This document shows positions 1-11,125 of a stretch of 48,402 bases of DNA, in pieces. Within the stretch, counting starts at the first letter, position 1. Each line of letters begins with the position of its first letter. The DNA is from Thermoanaerobaculia bacterium (lineage in GTDB: Bacteria > Acidobacteriota > Thermoanaerobaculia > Multivoradales > Multivoraceae): contig DATKDQ010000053.1 in assembly GCA_035544635.1 (NCBI GenBank), forward strand, positions 1-48,402. Reading direction: 5' to 3'. The translations under genes were made by a program, and so were the position numbers. The notes under the pieces were generated by a model, which was not told where the DNA came from, searched no databases, and saw only the letters and a program-made list of their open reading frames with translations.

Positions 1-1758
1 CGCTGGGACCTCTCCGACCTCCTGCCCGACGCCGCGGACGAACGGATCGGCGCCGCGCTCGCACAAATCGAGCGGCGCGTGGAGGAGATCGAGGCCGGGC
101 GCGCGACGCTCGACGAGCTCACCGGCGAGGGCCTGCTCGGCCTGGTCCGTCTCTACGAAGCGATGACCGAGGAGATGACGATCCTCGGCGCCTATGCCGG
201 GTTGCGCTTCTCCGCCGACACCCAGGACGAGGAGGCGATCGCGCTGCGCAACCGCGTGAACCACGAGCTCACCGGGCTCGGCAATCGCATCCTCTTTTTT
301 CCGCTGTGGTGGAAGGGGCTCTCGGAGGATCGCGCCGGCGAGCTCGAGCGCGCGGCCGCCGCCGCCGGCGCCGACCCGGATGCCTCGTTCTATCTCCTGG
401 ACCAGCGGCGGCTGCGCCGCTACGCGCTCGACGAGTCGAGCGAGCAGCTCATCAACACCAAGGACGCCGATGGCATCGGCGGCCTGCTCACGGTGTTCTC
501 GATGCTCACCAACCGGCTCACCTTCAAGATGGAGATCGACGGCCGCGAGCAGGAGCTGACGCGCGACGAGCTGATCTCGCAGTTCCTGTCCGCCGACGGG
601 ACGCGCCGGCAGAGCGCGTACCAGGAGCTGGGACGCGTGCTGGAGCATGAGTCGAAGGTGCTGGGACAGATCTACACCCACCGGGTGCGCGATTGGCACT
701 CCGAGAACGTGAAGCTGCGCGGGTACGCGTCGCCGCTCGCGGTGCGCAACCTCTCGAACGACGTGCCTGACGAAGCGGTCGAAGCGCTGCTCGACACCAC
801 GGAGCGCAACGCCGTCCTGTTTCATCGCTATTTCCAGATCAAGGCGGGCTGGCTCGGCAGCGACCGGCTCCGTCGCTACGATCTGTACGCGCCGTTCGGC
901 GAGGGCGACCGGCGGGTCGACTACTCCGACGCGGTCGAGACCGTGCTCGGGACCTTCGCAGCGTTTCACCCCCGCTTCGCGCACGAGGCACGCCGCGTTT
1001 TCGAGCACGGCCATATCGACAGCGAGATCCGGACCGGCAAGCGCGGAGGCGCGTTCTGCGCCTCGGTGCTACCGCGCCTCACCCCGTGGGTCCATGTGAA
1101 CTACACCGGCCGCCTGCGCGACGTCGCGACGCTCGCGCACGAAATGGGCCACGCGATCCATGGCATGCTGGCGTCCGAGCACTCGATTCTCACCTTCCAT
1201 CCTTCCCTTCCGCTCGCCGAGACCGCATCGGTGTTCGCCGAGATCCTGGTCACCGAGAGGCTCCTCGCCGCTACCGAGGATCCGCAGTCGCGCCGGGAGC
1301 TGTTGGCGGGAGCGCTCGACGATATCTACGCCACCGTCGTGCGCCAGGCGTTTTTCGTCCGTTTCGAGATCGCCGCCCACGCCGCGATCCTCGAGAACCG
1401 GACGACCGAGGCACTGTGCGATCTCTACCTCGAGAACCTCGAGCGCCAGTTCGGCTCGTCGGTCGAGATCGCGCCCGAGTTCCGCTACGAGTGGCTGGGA
1501 ATCCCGCATCTGTACTCGGTTCCCTTCTACTGCTACGCCTACGCCTTCGGGCAGCTCCTGGTGCTCGCGCTCTACCGGCGGTACCAGGAGGATCCCGAGA
1601 GTTTCCGCGCCGGCTATCTGCGGCTCCTCTCGTACGGCGGAGCGGCCCGGCCGCAGGCGATCCTCGCCGAGGCGGACATCGACATCGGCGATCCAGGTTT
1701 CTGGCAGGGCGGTTTCGACGTGGTGGCGGGGATGATCGATCGCTTCGAGGCGGGATAG
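1..1758 (+). CDS. pepF: Oligoendopeptidase F / M3B-family zinc metallopeptidase (5' end cut by window edge)
   Basis: Frame 1 is open from nt 1. HExxH zinc site LAHEMGHAIHG. Length and overall layout are typical of PepF. The track ORF 79..1758 is the internal part. Confidence 0.85.
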   Translation, partial: RWDLSDLLPDAADERIGAALAQIERRVEEIEAGRATLDELTGEGLLGLVRLYEAMTEEMTILGAYAGLRFSADTQDEEAIALRNRVNHELTGLGNRILFFPLWWKGLSEDRAGELERAAAAAGADPDASFYLLDQRRLRRYALDESSEQLINTKDADGIGGLLTVFSMLTNRLTFKMEIDGREQELTRDELISQFLSADGTRRQSAYQELGRVLEHESKVLGQIYTHRVRDWHSENVKLRGYASPLAVRNLSNDVPDEAVEALLDTTERNAVLFHRYFQIKAGWLGSDRLRRYDLYAPFGEGDRRVDYSDAVETVLGTFAAFHPRFAHEARRVFEHGHIDSEIRTGKRGGAFCASVLPRLTPWVHVNYTGRLRDVATLAHEMGHAIHGMLASEHSILTFHPSLPLAETASVFAEILVTERLLAATEDPQSRRELLAGALDDIYATVVRQAFFVRFEIAAHAAILENRTTEALCDLYLENLERQFGSSVEIAPEFRYEWLGIPHLYSVPFYCYAYAFGQLLVLALYRRYQEDPESFRAGYLRLLSYGGAARPQAILAEADIDIGDPGFWQGGFDVVAGMIDRFEAG

Positions 1759-1768
1759 GAGCGGGACG

Positions 1769-3577
1769 CTACCGTTCCAGCCGCTGCGACTTCAAGTACA
1801 TCGAGGCCACCAGATCGGCGTAGCGCTCGAGGATGAGCTTGCGCCGCAGCTTGAGGGTGGGCGTCATCTCGCCGCGCTCGAGCGTGAACTCGTGGTCCAT
1901 GAGCCGGAAACGGCGGATGCGGTCGTGCTCGGCGAGCTTGCGGTTGACGTCGGCCACGGTGGCCTCGACGCGGTCGAGGAGCGCCGGATGGCTGACGCGC
2001 TCGGCTGGCGTGAGCTGGTGCACCTCCTCCGGAAGGTCCTCGGAGCTCGGCACCAGAAGGGCGGTCAGGTAGGGATAGTTGTCGCCGATGACGATCGCCT
2101 GCGCCAGCACGCCGCTGGCGGTGAGGAGCTGCTCGATGGGCTGCGGCGCGATGTTCTTTCCGCCCGAGGTCACGATCAGGTCCTTCTTGCGATCGGTGAT
2201 GTGAAGGAAGCCTTCGCGGTCGAGATGGCCGACGTCGCCGGTGTGGAACCAGCCATCGGGGTCGATCGCCTCCGCGGTCGCCTCGGGCTGGTTCCAGTAG
2301 CCGCGCATCAGGCCCGGGCTCCGGGCCAGAATCTCGCCGTCGTCCGCGATCCGTAGCTCGACTCCCGGGATCGGCGTGCCCACGGCTCCGAAGTGGCTCT
2401 TGCCGGGTCGGTTGAGGCACAGCACGGGGGAGGTCTCGGTGAGGCCGTACCCCTCGTAAATGCCGATGCCGACCGCGGCGAAGAACCGCCCGATCTTCTC
2501 GGGGAGGGCCGCGCCGCCGGCGATCGCGAAGCGCAGGCGTCCACCGAAGCGGTCCCGGATCTTCTTGAAGACGAGCCGTGATGCGACGGTGTACTGAAGG
2601 GTGAGCCGCGCCGGGACTCGGAGCTCGCCCCCCTCGGTGCAACGCTCCCCCACGTCGGCTGCCCAACGGAACACCTTTTGCAAGCGCGCCGGCTCCTTGC
2701 GCACGTTCTCGATCACGCGCAGGTATGCGCGCTCGTAGAGGCGAGGCACCGAGGCGAGGATGGTGGGACGCACTTCGGTGAGCGCGCGCGGAGCCTGCTC
2801 GATCGACGTCAGGTACTGGATCGACACTCCCTTGTAGAGGAAGAGGTAATCGGCGAGGCGCTGAAAGACGTGCGACAGCGGTAGGAACGAGAGCGTCACG
2901 TCGTCGCTGCCGATCGGGAAGGCATCGGCGCAGGCGAGGAAGTTGGAGACCAGGTTGCGGTGGGTCAGCATCACACCCTTGGGGGGTCCCGTGGTGCCGC
3001 TGGTGTAGATCAGGCTCGCCAGGTCCTCGAGGTCGACCCGGCCGCGGAAGCCATCCAGCGGCCGCTCGCCCGCCGCCCGGGCACCCTCCGAGAGCAGCGC
3101 CTCGAAGGCCACATCCTTCTCGGCGGCGCGTTCCCCGGTGATCGCGACGCCGTCGATCGCGCCGGTCAAGAGCGGGCGCGTCCGACGCAGCGCCTCCGCC
3201 TGCTCCTCGCCGCGATAGAAGATCCAGCGGCTGCCGCTGTCCTCGACGATGAACGCGATCTGATCGGGCGGCAGCGTGATGTAGATCGGCACCACGATGG
3301 CGCCCAGGAGATGACAGGCGAAGTCCACCAGGTGCCATTCGGGACAGTTGGCGGCGAGAATCGCGATCCGGTCCCCCTTCGCGACGCCCCGCTGTTCGAG
3401 GGCACCGGCCAGATGATGGATGCCCTCGAGCCATTCCTCGGCCGACCACCATCGCCAGTCGCCGTCGCGCTTGCCCGCCACCAGGCGTGGCCGCCCGTGG
3501 CCGGCCGCCGCGACGTGGAAAGCGAGATCGGCGAGGGTCGCCGGAGTCTGGCCGCCCTTTGCTCTGGGGATGATCAA
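1769..3577 (-). CDS. Long-chain-fatty-acid--CoA ligase (AMP-forming acyl-CoA synthetase)
   Basis: AMP-binding motif YTSGTTGPPKGVMLTHRN and motif GYGLTETS. I place the start at TTG 3577 (LIIPRAKGG...), preceded by GAGGGAG. The longer track ORF (to 3733) would run into yggS. Confidence 0.85.
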   Translation of the reverse strand: MIIPRAKGGQTPATLADLAFHVAAAGHGRPRLVAGKRDGDWRWWSAEEWLEGIHHLAGALEQRGVAKGDRIAILAANCPEWHLVDFACHLLGAIVVPIYITLPPDQIAFIVEDSGSRWIFYRGEEQAEALRRTRPLLTGAIDGVAITGERAAEKDVAFEALLSEGARAAGERPLDGFRGRVDLEDLASLIYTSGTTGPPKGVMLTHRNLVSNFLACADAFPIGSDDVTLSFLPLSHVFQRLADYLFLYKGVSIQYLTSIEQAPRALTEVRPTILASVPRLYERAYLRVIENVRKEPARLQKVFRWAADVGERCTEGGELRVPARLTLQYTVASRLVFKKIRDRFGGRLRFAIAGGAALPEKIGRFFAAVGIGIYEGYGLTETSPVLCLNRPGKSHFGAVGTPIPGVELRIADDGEILARSPGLMRGYWNQPEATAEAIDPDGWFHTGDVGHLDREGFLHITDRKKDLIVTSGGKNIAPQPIEQLLTASGVLAQAIVIGDNYPYLTALLVPSSEDLPEEVHQLTPAERVSHPALLDRVEATVADVNRKLAEHDRIRRFRLMDHEFTLERGEMTPTLKLRRKLILERYADLVASMYLKSQRLER

Positions 3578-3638
3578 CCCTGCTCCCTCACCGCCGCCCG
3601 GAGGCGCCCGCGCGGCATCCGATCGTTCCGACGCCCGC

Positions 3639-4424
3639 TCAGCCGTCGCCGCTCGCCGGTCGCGGACCGAAGAGCGCCGTGCCGATCCGCACGTGCGTCG
3701 CCCCCTCTTCGACCGCCACCTCGAAGTCGTCACTCATGCCCATCGAGAGCCAGCCAGAAAACGACGCGCGCCGGAGGGTCGCCCTGACCCGATCCCGGAG
3801 CTCCGCCAGAGCCCGGAACCAGGGCCGGGCCGCCGTCGCGTCGCGGCCCGCCGGAGGGATGCTCATGAGGCCGACCCACTCCAGACCCTGCAGCTCGATC
3901 AGGCTGGGCAGCTCGGTCAGGAGATCATCCGCCGTGAAGCCATGCTTGGTCGGCTCGCCGGCGAGGTTCACCTCGAGGAAGCAGGGCAGGACGCGCCCGA
4001 GCCGGACCGCCTCGCGGTGGAGCACCTCCGCCAGGCGGGGCCGATCGACCGAGTGGAAGGCGGCCAACGCCGCCGCCGCTGCGCGCGCCTTGTTGGTCTG
4101 GAGCGGACCGATGAAGTGCCACTCGATCGCCGGGGGGAGGAGCGGCATCTTGGCGAGCGCCTCCTGCACCCGGCTCTCGCCGAACACCTCGACCCCGGCC
4201 TCCCACGCGGCTCGCACTCGCTCCGCCGGCTGTCCCTTGCTCGCCCCGATCAGCGTCACCGATGCGGGATCGCGCCCGGCGCGCCGCGCCGCCGCGGCGA
4301 TGCGGGAGCGGATCTCGGAGACCCGCTCGCCCACCGCGGCGGCGTCCTCGAGCGCCGTCCCGGAGGTGGCTCTGGGGCTCAGACGTGGTCCTCGACGCGC
4401 AGGAATCGCTGGCACCGTTCGCAC
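3639..4424 (-). CDS. yggS: YggS-family pyridoxal-phosphate homeostasis protein (PLPBP)
   Basis: VTLIGASKGQP (PLP lysine context), FGESRVQEA and WHFIGPLQTNKA are YggS hallmarks. Start is uncertain: ATG 4424 overlaps the upstream gene by 46 nt. GTG 4334 (VGERVSEIR...) aligns better with the E. coli YggS N-terminus. Confidence 0.85.
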   Translation of the reverse strand: MRTVPAIPARRGPRLSPRATSGTALEDAAAVGERVSEIRSRIAAAARRAGRDPASVTLIGASKGQPAERVRAAWEAGVEVFGESRVQEALAKMPLLPPAIEWHFIGPLQTNKARAAAAALAAFHSVDRPRLAEVLHREAVRLGRVLPCFLEVNLAGEPTKHGFTADDLLTELPSLIELQGLEWVGLMSIPPAGRDATAARPWFRALAELRDRVRATLRRASFSGWLSMGMSDDFEVAVEEGATHVRIGTALFGPRPASGDG

Positions 4425-5119
4425 TGGACGAGGGCGCCGGTGTTCTTGATCTCGACGATGATCTGCGGCCGGACGCGGTAGTTGCAGACCGAGCAGTGCC
4501 AGGCCGCCTGGCTGCGGCCGAACGCCGGCATCTTGGTCACGGTGGAGAGCGTCTCGCCGTCGAGACGGCGGTAGAGGAGCTCGAACTGGCGCAGCATCTG
4601 GCCGGGGATGAGCCGGCGCAGCCGGTCGATGTCACGCTCGACGTCCGCAAGCCGCGCCACCACCTCAGGCCGTCCTCGTTCCCACTGCTCCAGCAGCTCG
4701 CGATAGCGGCGGTCGAGCTCCGCGAACTCGGCGCGCGCCTGCTCCAGCTCGCGCCGCGCGCTCTCGACGCGCTCGAGCAGCGCGAGAGCCGCGTCCTCGT
4801 GCGTCGAGACCTTCGCCTTCGCGGTGTCGATCTCCTTGAGCAGCGCTCCGTACTCGCGTTGCGTCGTCACCCGGTTGATCTGCTCCTGGTACTGCTGCAG
4901 CTTGCTGGTGGCGTCGGCCGCGGCGACCTCCGCGGACCGGCGCTCGCCTTCGTCGACATCGATCTGGCCCTCGAGCTGCTTCACGAGCTCGAGCAGGGCT
5001 CGATGCTGGTCGTGGATGGGTAGCATCGAATCGGGGATGCCTGCGAGCTGTCGGCGCGCCGTGTCCGCCTCTTTGAGCGCAAGTTGCAGCTGAACCAGAG
5101 AGTCAAGCTCTCGGGGCAT
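4379..5119 (-). CDS. Coiled-coil protein with C-terminal C4 zinc ribbon (COG1579/DUF164-like)
   Basis: Long heptad-rich region followed by CSVCNYRV...CERCQRFL. ATG 5119 is preceded by GGGAGGGA. The upstream extension to 5161 lacks an RBS. Confidence 0.75.
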   Translation of the reverse strand: MPRELDSLVQLQLALKEADTARRQLAGIPDSMLPIHDQHRALLELVKQLEGQIDVDEGERRSAEVAAADATSKLQQYQEQINRVTTQREYGALLKEIDTAKAKVSTHEDAALALLERVESARRELEQARAEFAELDRRYRELLEQWERGRPEVVARLADVERDIDRLRRLIPGQMLRQFELLYRRLDGETLSTVTKMPAFGRSQAAWHCSVCNYRVRPQIIVEIKNTGALVQCERCQRFLRVEDHV

Positions 5120-5195
5120 AAGTGAGCAATCCCTCCCTGCGGGGCGAGACATGCATCGCATCAGCCGGCGCGATCCGGGTGCGCTTCCGAGTCCC

Positions 5196-5271
5196 TGGTG
5201 GGTCCACCTGGATTCGAACCAGGGACCTGCCGGTTATGAGCCGGACGCTCTAACCACTGAGCTATGGACCC
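5196..5271 (-). tRNA. tRNA-Met, anticodon CAT (elongator type; tRNA-Ile2 with lysidine cannot be excluded)
   Basis: Hand-folded 76-nt cloverleaf. Acceptor GGGTCCA/TGGACCC, D arm GCTC-AGTGGTTA-GAGC, anticodon loop CTCATAA, T arm CCTGG-TTCGAAT-CCAGG, encoded CCA. The G1-C72 pair argues against an initiator. Confidence 0.9.
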
Positions 5272-5518
5272 GGATGGCCGCCAGGCCTGGGGAGCGGGAG
5301 TATAGCACCGGCGGTGCGGGGCCCCGAGCCGCCGCGAGATCCGAAAGGCGGCGCCCCGCGCCCTTCTGTCCCGGCCTCCCGACACCCCCCGGAGTGTGCC
5401 GGCGCGGATCGCCGTCGTGGCGCGCCCTGGTGGGTCTTACGCGCTCGACCCCGCGCTACGATTGATATAGTCGGCGGTCCACGCGAGGGTTCCATTCCGT
5501 TCTAGAGGGGAGGTCGCG

Positions 5519-6352
5519 ATGTCGAGCAGGAACCAGATCCTTGCCGCACTCGGTCTGTGCGCGGCGTTCGCTCTGGCCTGCGGTCCCAGTCAGGAAAAGG
5601 TCAAGGCCAACGCCAGGGCCGAGGAGTGGCGGGCGATCCAGGCCGACCGCGCGGCGCTCGACGACCTGCGCGCCCAGCTCGCGGCGGCTCGTGACCGGAC
5701 CGACGTGGCGGCCGAAGCCACGGCTGGCGCGGCCCCGCCCGCGGAGGGAGCGACCGACGGCGAGGCCGAGCCGTCGCCCGAAGCGACGGAGGAACGGGAG
5801 CTCCAGGCCCGGGTCGGCGAGAGCACCGATCGCTTCCTCGAGCGGCTGGTGACGTTCATCAACGAGCACGCCTTCTTCGAGGGCGAGGAGCCGGCCCCGG
5901 AAGTGGCCGCGGCGATCCGCATGAAGAGCTCCGAGGACCAGCTGCTCGCACGCGAGTACATCGAGCGCGGCGGCGACCATGCGAAGGCGATCGACATCCT
6001 CCAGAGCGCGAAGGCGGTCGATCCGGACAACCCGGAGCTCGAGGCCGCTCTGGCCGAGGCCGAGCGGCTGCGCTACATGGACCGCGAGCGATTTTCCCGC
6101 GTGAGCAAGGGGATGAGCGAGGCTGAGGTTCGCCGCGAGCTGGGGCAGGTCAAGCACCAGAACATCCGCAAGTACGAGGACGGCAAGGTGATCGCGTGGT
6201 TCTACCCCAGAGAGGGGGGGGCGGCGGCGGCGGTGTTCTTCCGGCCTCGCAACGGCCAATTCAAGGTCGACGCCGTCAACTTCGAGGCGGTGAAGTCCGC
6301 GGCCGAGCGGGCGGCAGCAGGGGAGTCGGGCGAGGAGTCGGCCACCGATTGA
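5519..6352 (+). CDS. Lipoprotein of unknown function, C-terminal BamE/SmpA_OmlA-like module
   Basis: Signal peptide with lipobox (LGLCAAFALAC-G). The C-terminal segment GMSEAEVRRELGQ...WFYP resembles SmpA/OmlA folds. RBS GGGGAGG lies upstream of the ATG. Confidence 0.65.
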   Translation: MSSRNQILAALGLCAAFALACGPSQEKVKANARAEEWRAIQADRAALDDLRAQLAAARDRTDVAAEATAGAAPPAEGATDGEAEPSPEATEERELQARVGESTDRFLERLVTFINEHAFFEGEEPAPEVAAAIRMKSSEDQLLAREYIERGGDHAKAIDILQSAKAVDPDNPELEAALAEAERLRYMDRERFSRVSKGMSEAEVRRELGQVKHQNIRKYEDGKVIAWFYPREGGAAAAVFFRPRNGQFKVDAVNFEAVKSAAERAAAGESGEESATD

Positions 6353-6376
6353 CCCGGGCTCGAGATCGGGTAAGAT
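6349..6376 (+). promoter_or_regulatory. Candidate sigma70 promoter of the rpsU-dnaG-rpoD operon
   Basis: TTGACC (6349-6354), 16-nt spacer, TAAGAT (6371-6376), about 95 nt upstream of the rpsU ATG. Sequence match only. Confidence 0.45.
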
Positions 6377-6472
6377 AGGCGGCCCCGCTCCGCCGGGACC
6401 GGTCGAGGCGTGTCTCGACCGAATCGTCGTCGCGAGCCCCTCGCTCGCGTCAAAAGTGAGGTGATTTCGCTC

Positions 6473-6682
6473 ATGCCGGTCGTGCACGTTCGCGAAGAAG
6501 AGAGCTTCGAGAACGCACTGCGTCGCTTCAAGAGGAAGTGTGAGAAAGAGGGCATCCTCACCGAGCTGAAGAAGCGCCAGCATTACGAGAAGCCCTCGGT
6601 GAAGCGCAAGCGCAAAGCCCTGCAGGCCCGCAAGAAGGTGCTCCGCAAGATGGCGGAGGAGCGGCGAACGGGTCTCGGTTGA
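6473..6682 (+). CDS. rpsU: 30S ribosomal protein S21
   Basis: [42 protein letters not shown] is canonical S21. ATG 6473 is preceded by GTGAGGTGA. The track ORF has a spurious N-terminal extension. Confidence 0.95.
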   Translation: MPVVHVREEESFENALRRFKRKCEKEGILTELKKRQHYEKPSVKRKRKALQARKKVLRKMAEERRTGLG

Positions 6683-6832
6683 CGGATTCTTCGGCCGGCC
6701 GATTCGGTGCCGCGAGCGTCGTGACTCGACGATCGAGACAGCACCGGATCGGCATCGCCAGGTCATGAGCGCCGGCCCGAGGGCGAGGCTGGGGTTTGCC
6801 CTCCGCTGGCGCTCGTCGCCGCCTGTGGCCGC

Positions 6833-8635
6833 ATGGCACTCGGCAACATCCATCTGACGCCCCAGCTGATCCAGGCCGTTCGCGACAGCGTAGACATCCT
6901 GGACGTCGCGGCGACGGTGACCCGCCTCGAGAAGCGAGGCAACCGCTACTGGGGCCTCTGCCCCTTCCACAAGGAGAAGACGCCGTCGTTCAGCCTGGAC
7001 GCGACGCGCGGCCTCTTCTACTGCTTCGGCTGCGGCGCCGGCGGGGATGCCATCCGGCTCCACATGCAGTCGAGCGGCGATGACTTCCCGGCGGCGATCG
7101 AGGCGCTCGCCCGCGCCCACGGCATTCCGCTGCCCGCGGCCTCCCGAGCGGCGCGTGGCGGGCCCGACCCGGAAGAGATCCTCGGTGCGGCCGCCGACCT
7201 CTACCAGGCGGAGCTCGCCCGATCGCGCGAGGCGCTCGCGTATCTGGCGGGCCGTCGCATCCCCGAACCGGTGGCGAAACGGTTCCGGCTCGGCTACGCG
7301 CCGGACAGCTACGACTTCCTGCTCGGCGCGCTGCGTCGTCGGTACCGCGTCGAGGACCTGGTGGCCGTCGGGCTGGTCGCGAGCAAGGAAGGCGGCGGCC
7401 GATCCTGGGACCGCTTTCGGGACCGCCTGATCTTTCCGATCTTCGGCGTCTCGGGCCGCATCGTCGGGTTCGGCGGCCGCACTCTGGGCGAGGATCGCGC
7501 CAAGTACCTCAACACTCCCGAGACCGAGCGATTTCGCAAGCGCCACGTGCTGTACGGTCTCGACCACGCCCGGCGCGCCGCCCGTGAGCGCGGTGCGCTG
7601 CTTCTGGTCGAGGGCTACTTCGACCTGCTAGCCGCCGTTTCGAGCGGCATCGACTGGGTCGCAGCATCGATGGGCACGGCGCTCACCGCGGAGCAGGCGA
7701 GGCTAGCCGCTCGCTTCGCGGAGGAGGTGGTCATCGGGTACGACGGCGATTCCGCCGGCGAGGAGGCCAGCCGGAAGGCGCTGCCGATCCTCCTCGCCCA
7801 GGGGTTGCGCGTGCGCCGCCTGCGGCTTCCCGACGGCGCCGATCCCGACTCCTTCCGGCAGAGCCGCGGCGAGGCGGCGTTGGCCGCGCTCGTCGCCGAC
7901 GCCCCCGATGCGGTCGAGCTCGAGCTCGACCGCCAGGTCGAGGGTAACCCCAGATCGCCGCACGACTTGGCGCGCAGCGCAAAGGCCGTCCGCGAGCTCC
8001 TCGCCACCGTTCCCGATGCCGTGGTGCGCTTCTCCTACGGTCGCCGCGCCGCGGACCGGTTGGGGATTCCGCCGGACCTGCTGTGGAGGTCGGGGCCGGA
8101 CGGGGCGTCGAGCGGCTCGCCGTCGTCGGGCCGGCCGGCGGCGGCTGTCTCCAGCGCCGGTCGGACCGCCCAGCCGGCCCCGCCAGGCGGCAAGCGCGAG
8201 GTCTTGAGTCTCGAGGAGCGGGTTCTTCAGCTACTCCTGAGTGGAGAGGTAGCGCCGCCGCCGATCCGGGAGCTACCTGGGACCGAGATATTCCTCGATC
8301 CGGTGTGCGGGAATATTTTCGGGAAGTTTCTCGCTCTCTATACAGAGGTCGGCGGTGTACCGGACGTTCGAATCGTGCTCGACGCACTCGCGGAGAGCCG
8401 CGAATCGCTTGACCGGGCGGCTAGAATTCTGCTAGAAACGCCCTCTTGTTCGGAGACGGCCGGCGAGCTCGAGTACTCCTTGCGCCAACTGACCACGCGG
8501 TGGCAGCGGGAGCGACAGCGCAAGCTCGCACTGGAGATCCGCGAAGCGCAGCGACGTGGTGATCTGGTCCGCCTGGATGCTCTAATCCAAGAGAACAACG
8601 CTCTCACCAGGGCCCTGCATGAGCTCGAGGCCTAG
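6833..8635 (+). CDS. dnaG: DNA primase
   Basis: Zinc-binding CPFHKEKTPSF...YCFGCGAGGDAI. Toprim motifs LLVEGYFD and GYDGDSAG. Position between rpsU and rpoD. Confidence 0.95.
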   Translation: MALGNIHLTPQLIQAVRDSVDILDVAATVTRLEKRGNRYWGLCPFHKEKTPSFSLDATRGLFYCFGCGAGGDAIRLHMQSSGDDFPAAIEALARAHGIPLPAASRAARGGPDPEEILGAAADLYQAELARSREALAYLAGRRIPEPVAKRFRLGYAPDSYDFLLGALRRRYRVEDLVAVGLVASKEGGGRSWDRFRDRLIFPIFGVSGRIVGFGGRTLGEDRAKYLNTPETERFRKRHVLYGLDHARRAARERGALLLVEGYFDLLAAVSSGIDWVAASMGTALTAEQARLAARFAEEVVIGYDGDSAGEEASRKALPILLAQGLRVRRLRLPDGADPDSFRQSRGEAALAALVADAPDAVELELDRQVEGNPRSPHDLARSAKAVRELLATVPDAVVRFSYGRRAADRLGIPPDLLWRSGPDGASSGSPSSGRPAAAVSSAGRTAQPAPPGGKREVLSLEERVLQLLLSGEVAPPPIRELPGTEIFLDPVCGNIFGKFLALYTEVGGVPDVRIVLDALAESRESLDRAARILLETPSCSETAGELEYSLRQLTTRWQRERQRKLALEIREAQRRGDLVRLDALIQENNALTRALHELEA

Positions 8636-8776
8636 CAAGCGATCGGGAGCCCGACCCCGGCACACCGGGGGCTCGAGCGAACGCCGGTGGTTCGCCGCAT
8701 CGGGGCTCGCCGGTGATCGACGCGGAGTCCGGCCCTGGCGAGGCTTTCGCGCTACCTTGATCTAGGAGATCCACTT

Positions 8777-10489
<1,713 letters not shown>

Positions 10490-10543
10490 GTGCCGCTGGA
10501 ATCGTTGAGGGAGTAGGCGGCCGCCGGCCGGGAGGGCCTCATC

Positions 10544-11059
10544 ATGAGCAAGAGCGCAAAGCAGTCCCAGCCCAAAGTCGAGCCGCGGGGGGCGGACCCG
10601 GCGTCGGTGGAGCGCTTCGAGGCGGCGCTCGAGCTGCTGCATCGGGAGCGGTGGGAGGAGGCTGCGAAAGCGTTCTCCCAGGTCGCCGAGGGTGACCCCG
10701 GATCGTCGATCGCCGAGCGCGCCCGGATCTTCCGCGAGGTCTGCCGCAGGAAGCTCGACTCGTCGTCCGTGGTCGACGACGACCTCTATCTCACGGCGGT
10801 GGTGGCGAAGAACTCGGGAGACCTCGAGACCGCGATCGAGAGCTGCAATCGCGGCGGGCTCAAGGGCAAGGACGCGCGCTTCGCCTATCTGGCCGCGGCG
10901 GTCGAGAGCCTGCGCGGCAATCGCGAGGAGTCGGCCAGGCTCCTGCTCAAGGCGATCGAGCTCGATCCCGCCAACCGGGTGCACGCGTTCTGGGATCCCG
11001 ATTTCGCCGACGTGCGCAAGAGCCCCGAGATGGCCTCGCTGTTCACTCCGACACGCTGA
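10544..11059 (+). CDS. Hypothetical TPR-like helical protein
   Basis: 171-aa ORF with coding-like composition, helical repeat character and sensible spacing after rpoD. No specific family recognised. Confidence 0.55.
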   Translation: MSKSAKQSQPKVEPRGADPASVERFEAALELLHRERWEEAAKAFSQVAEGDPGSSIAERARIFREVCRRKLDSSSVVDDDLYLTAVVAKNSGDLETAIESCNRGGLKGKDARFAYLAAAVESLRGNREESARLLLKAIELDPANRVHAFWDPDFADVRKSPEMASLFTPTR

Positions 11060-11125
11060 GCTTCGAGTCGCTCGGCCGCCCGGCCGTCAGCGGCGCCGAG
11101 GGTCGGGCCGGACACTCCCTTCGTC

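Noticed and set aside
4405-4420. TGGCAC...GCA sigma54-like string
   Set aside because: The spacing between the GG and GC elements is wrong by 2 nt. It lies inside coding sequence and on the strand opposite to the local genes.
5425-5436. 12-nt copy (CCCTGGTGGGTC) of the tRNA-Met 3' acceptor region (5193-5204), which might mark an integrative-element att site
   Set aside because: The copy lies upstream of the tRNA 5' end rather than downstream of the 3' end, only 220 nt away. No integrase or cargo lies between them. A single 12-mer match is expected by chance in 48 kb of biased DNA.
5456-7567. 703-aa minus-strand ORF spanning the lipoprotein gene, rpsU and the 5' part of dnaG
   Set aside because: It is antisense to three genes with unmistakable homology, and it crosses intergenic regions. 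Its translation is Arg/Ala/Gly/Pro-rich low complexity with no motifs. This is a typical high-GC shadow ORF.
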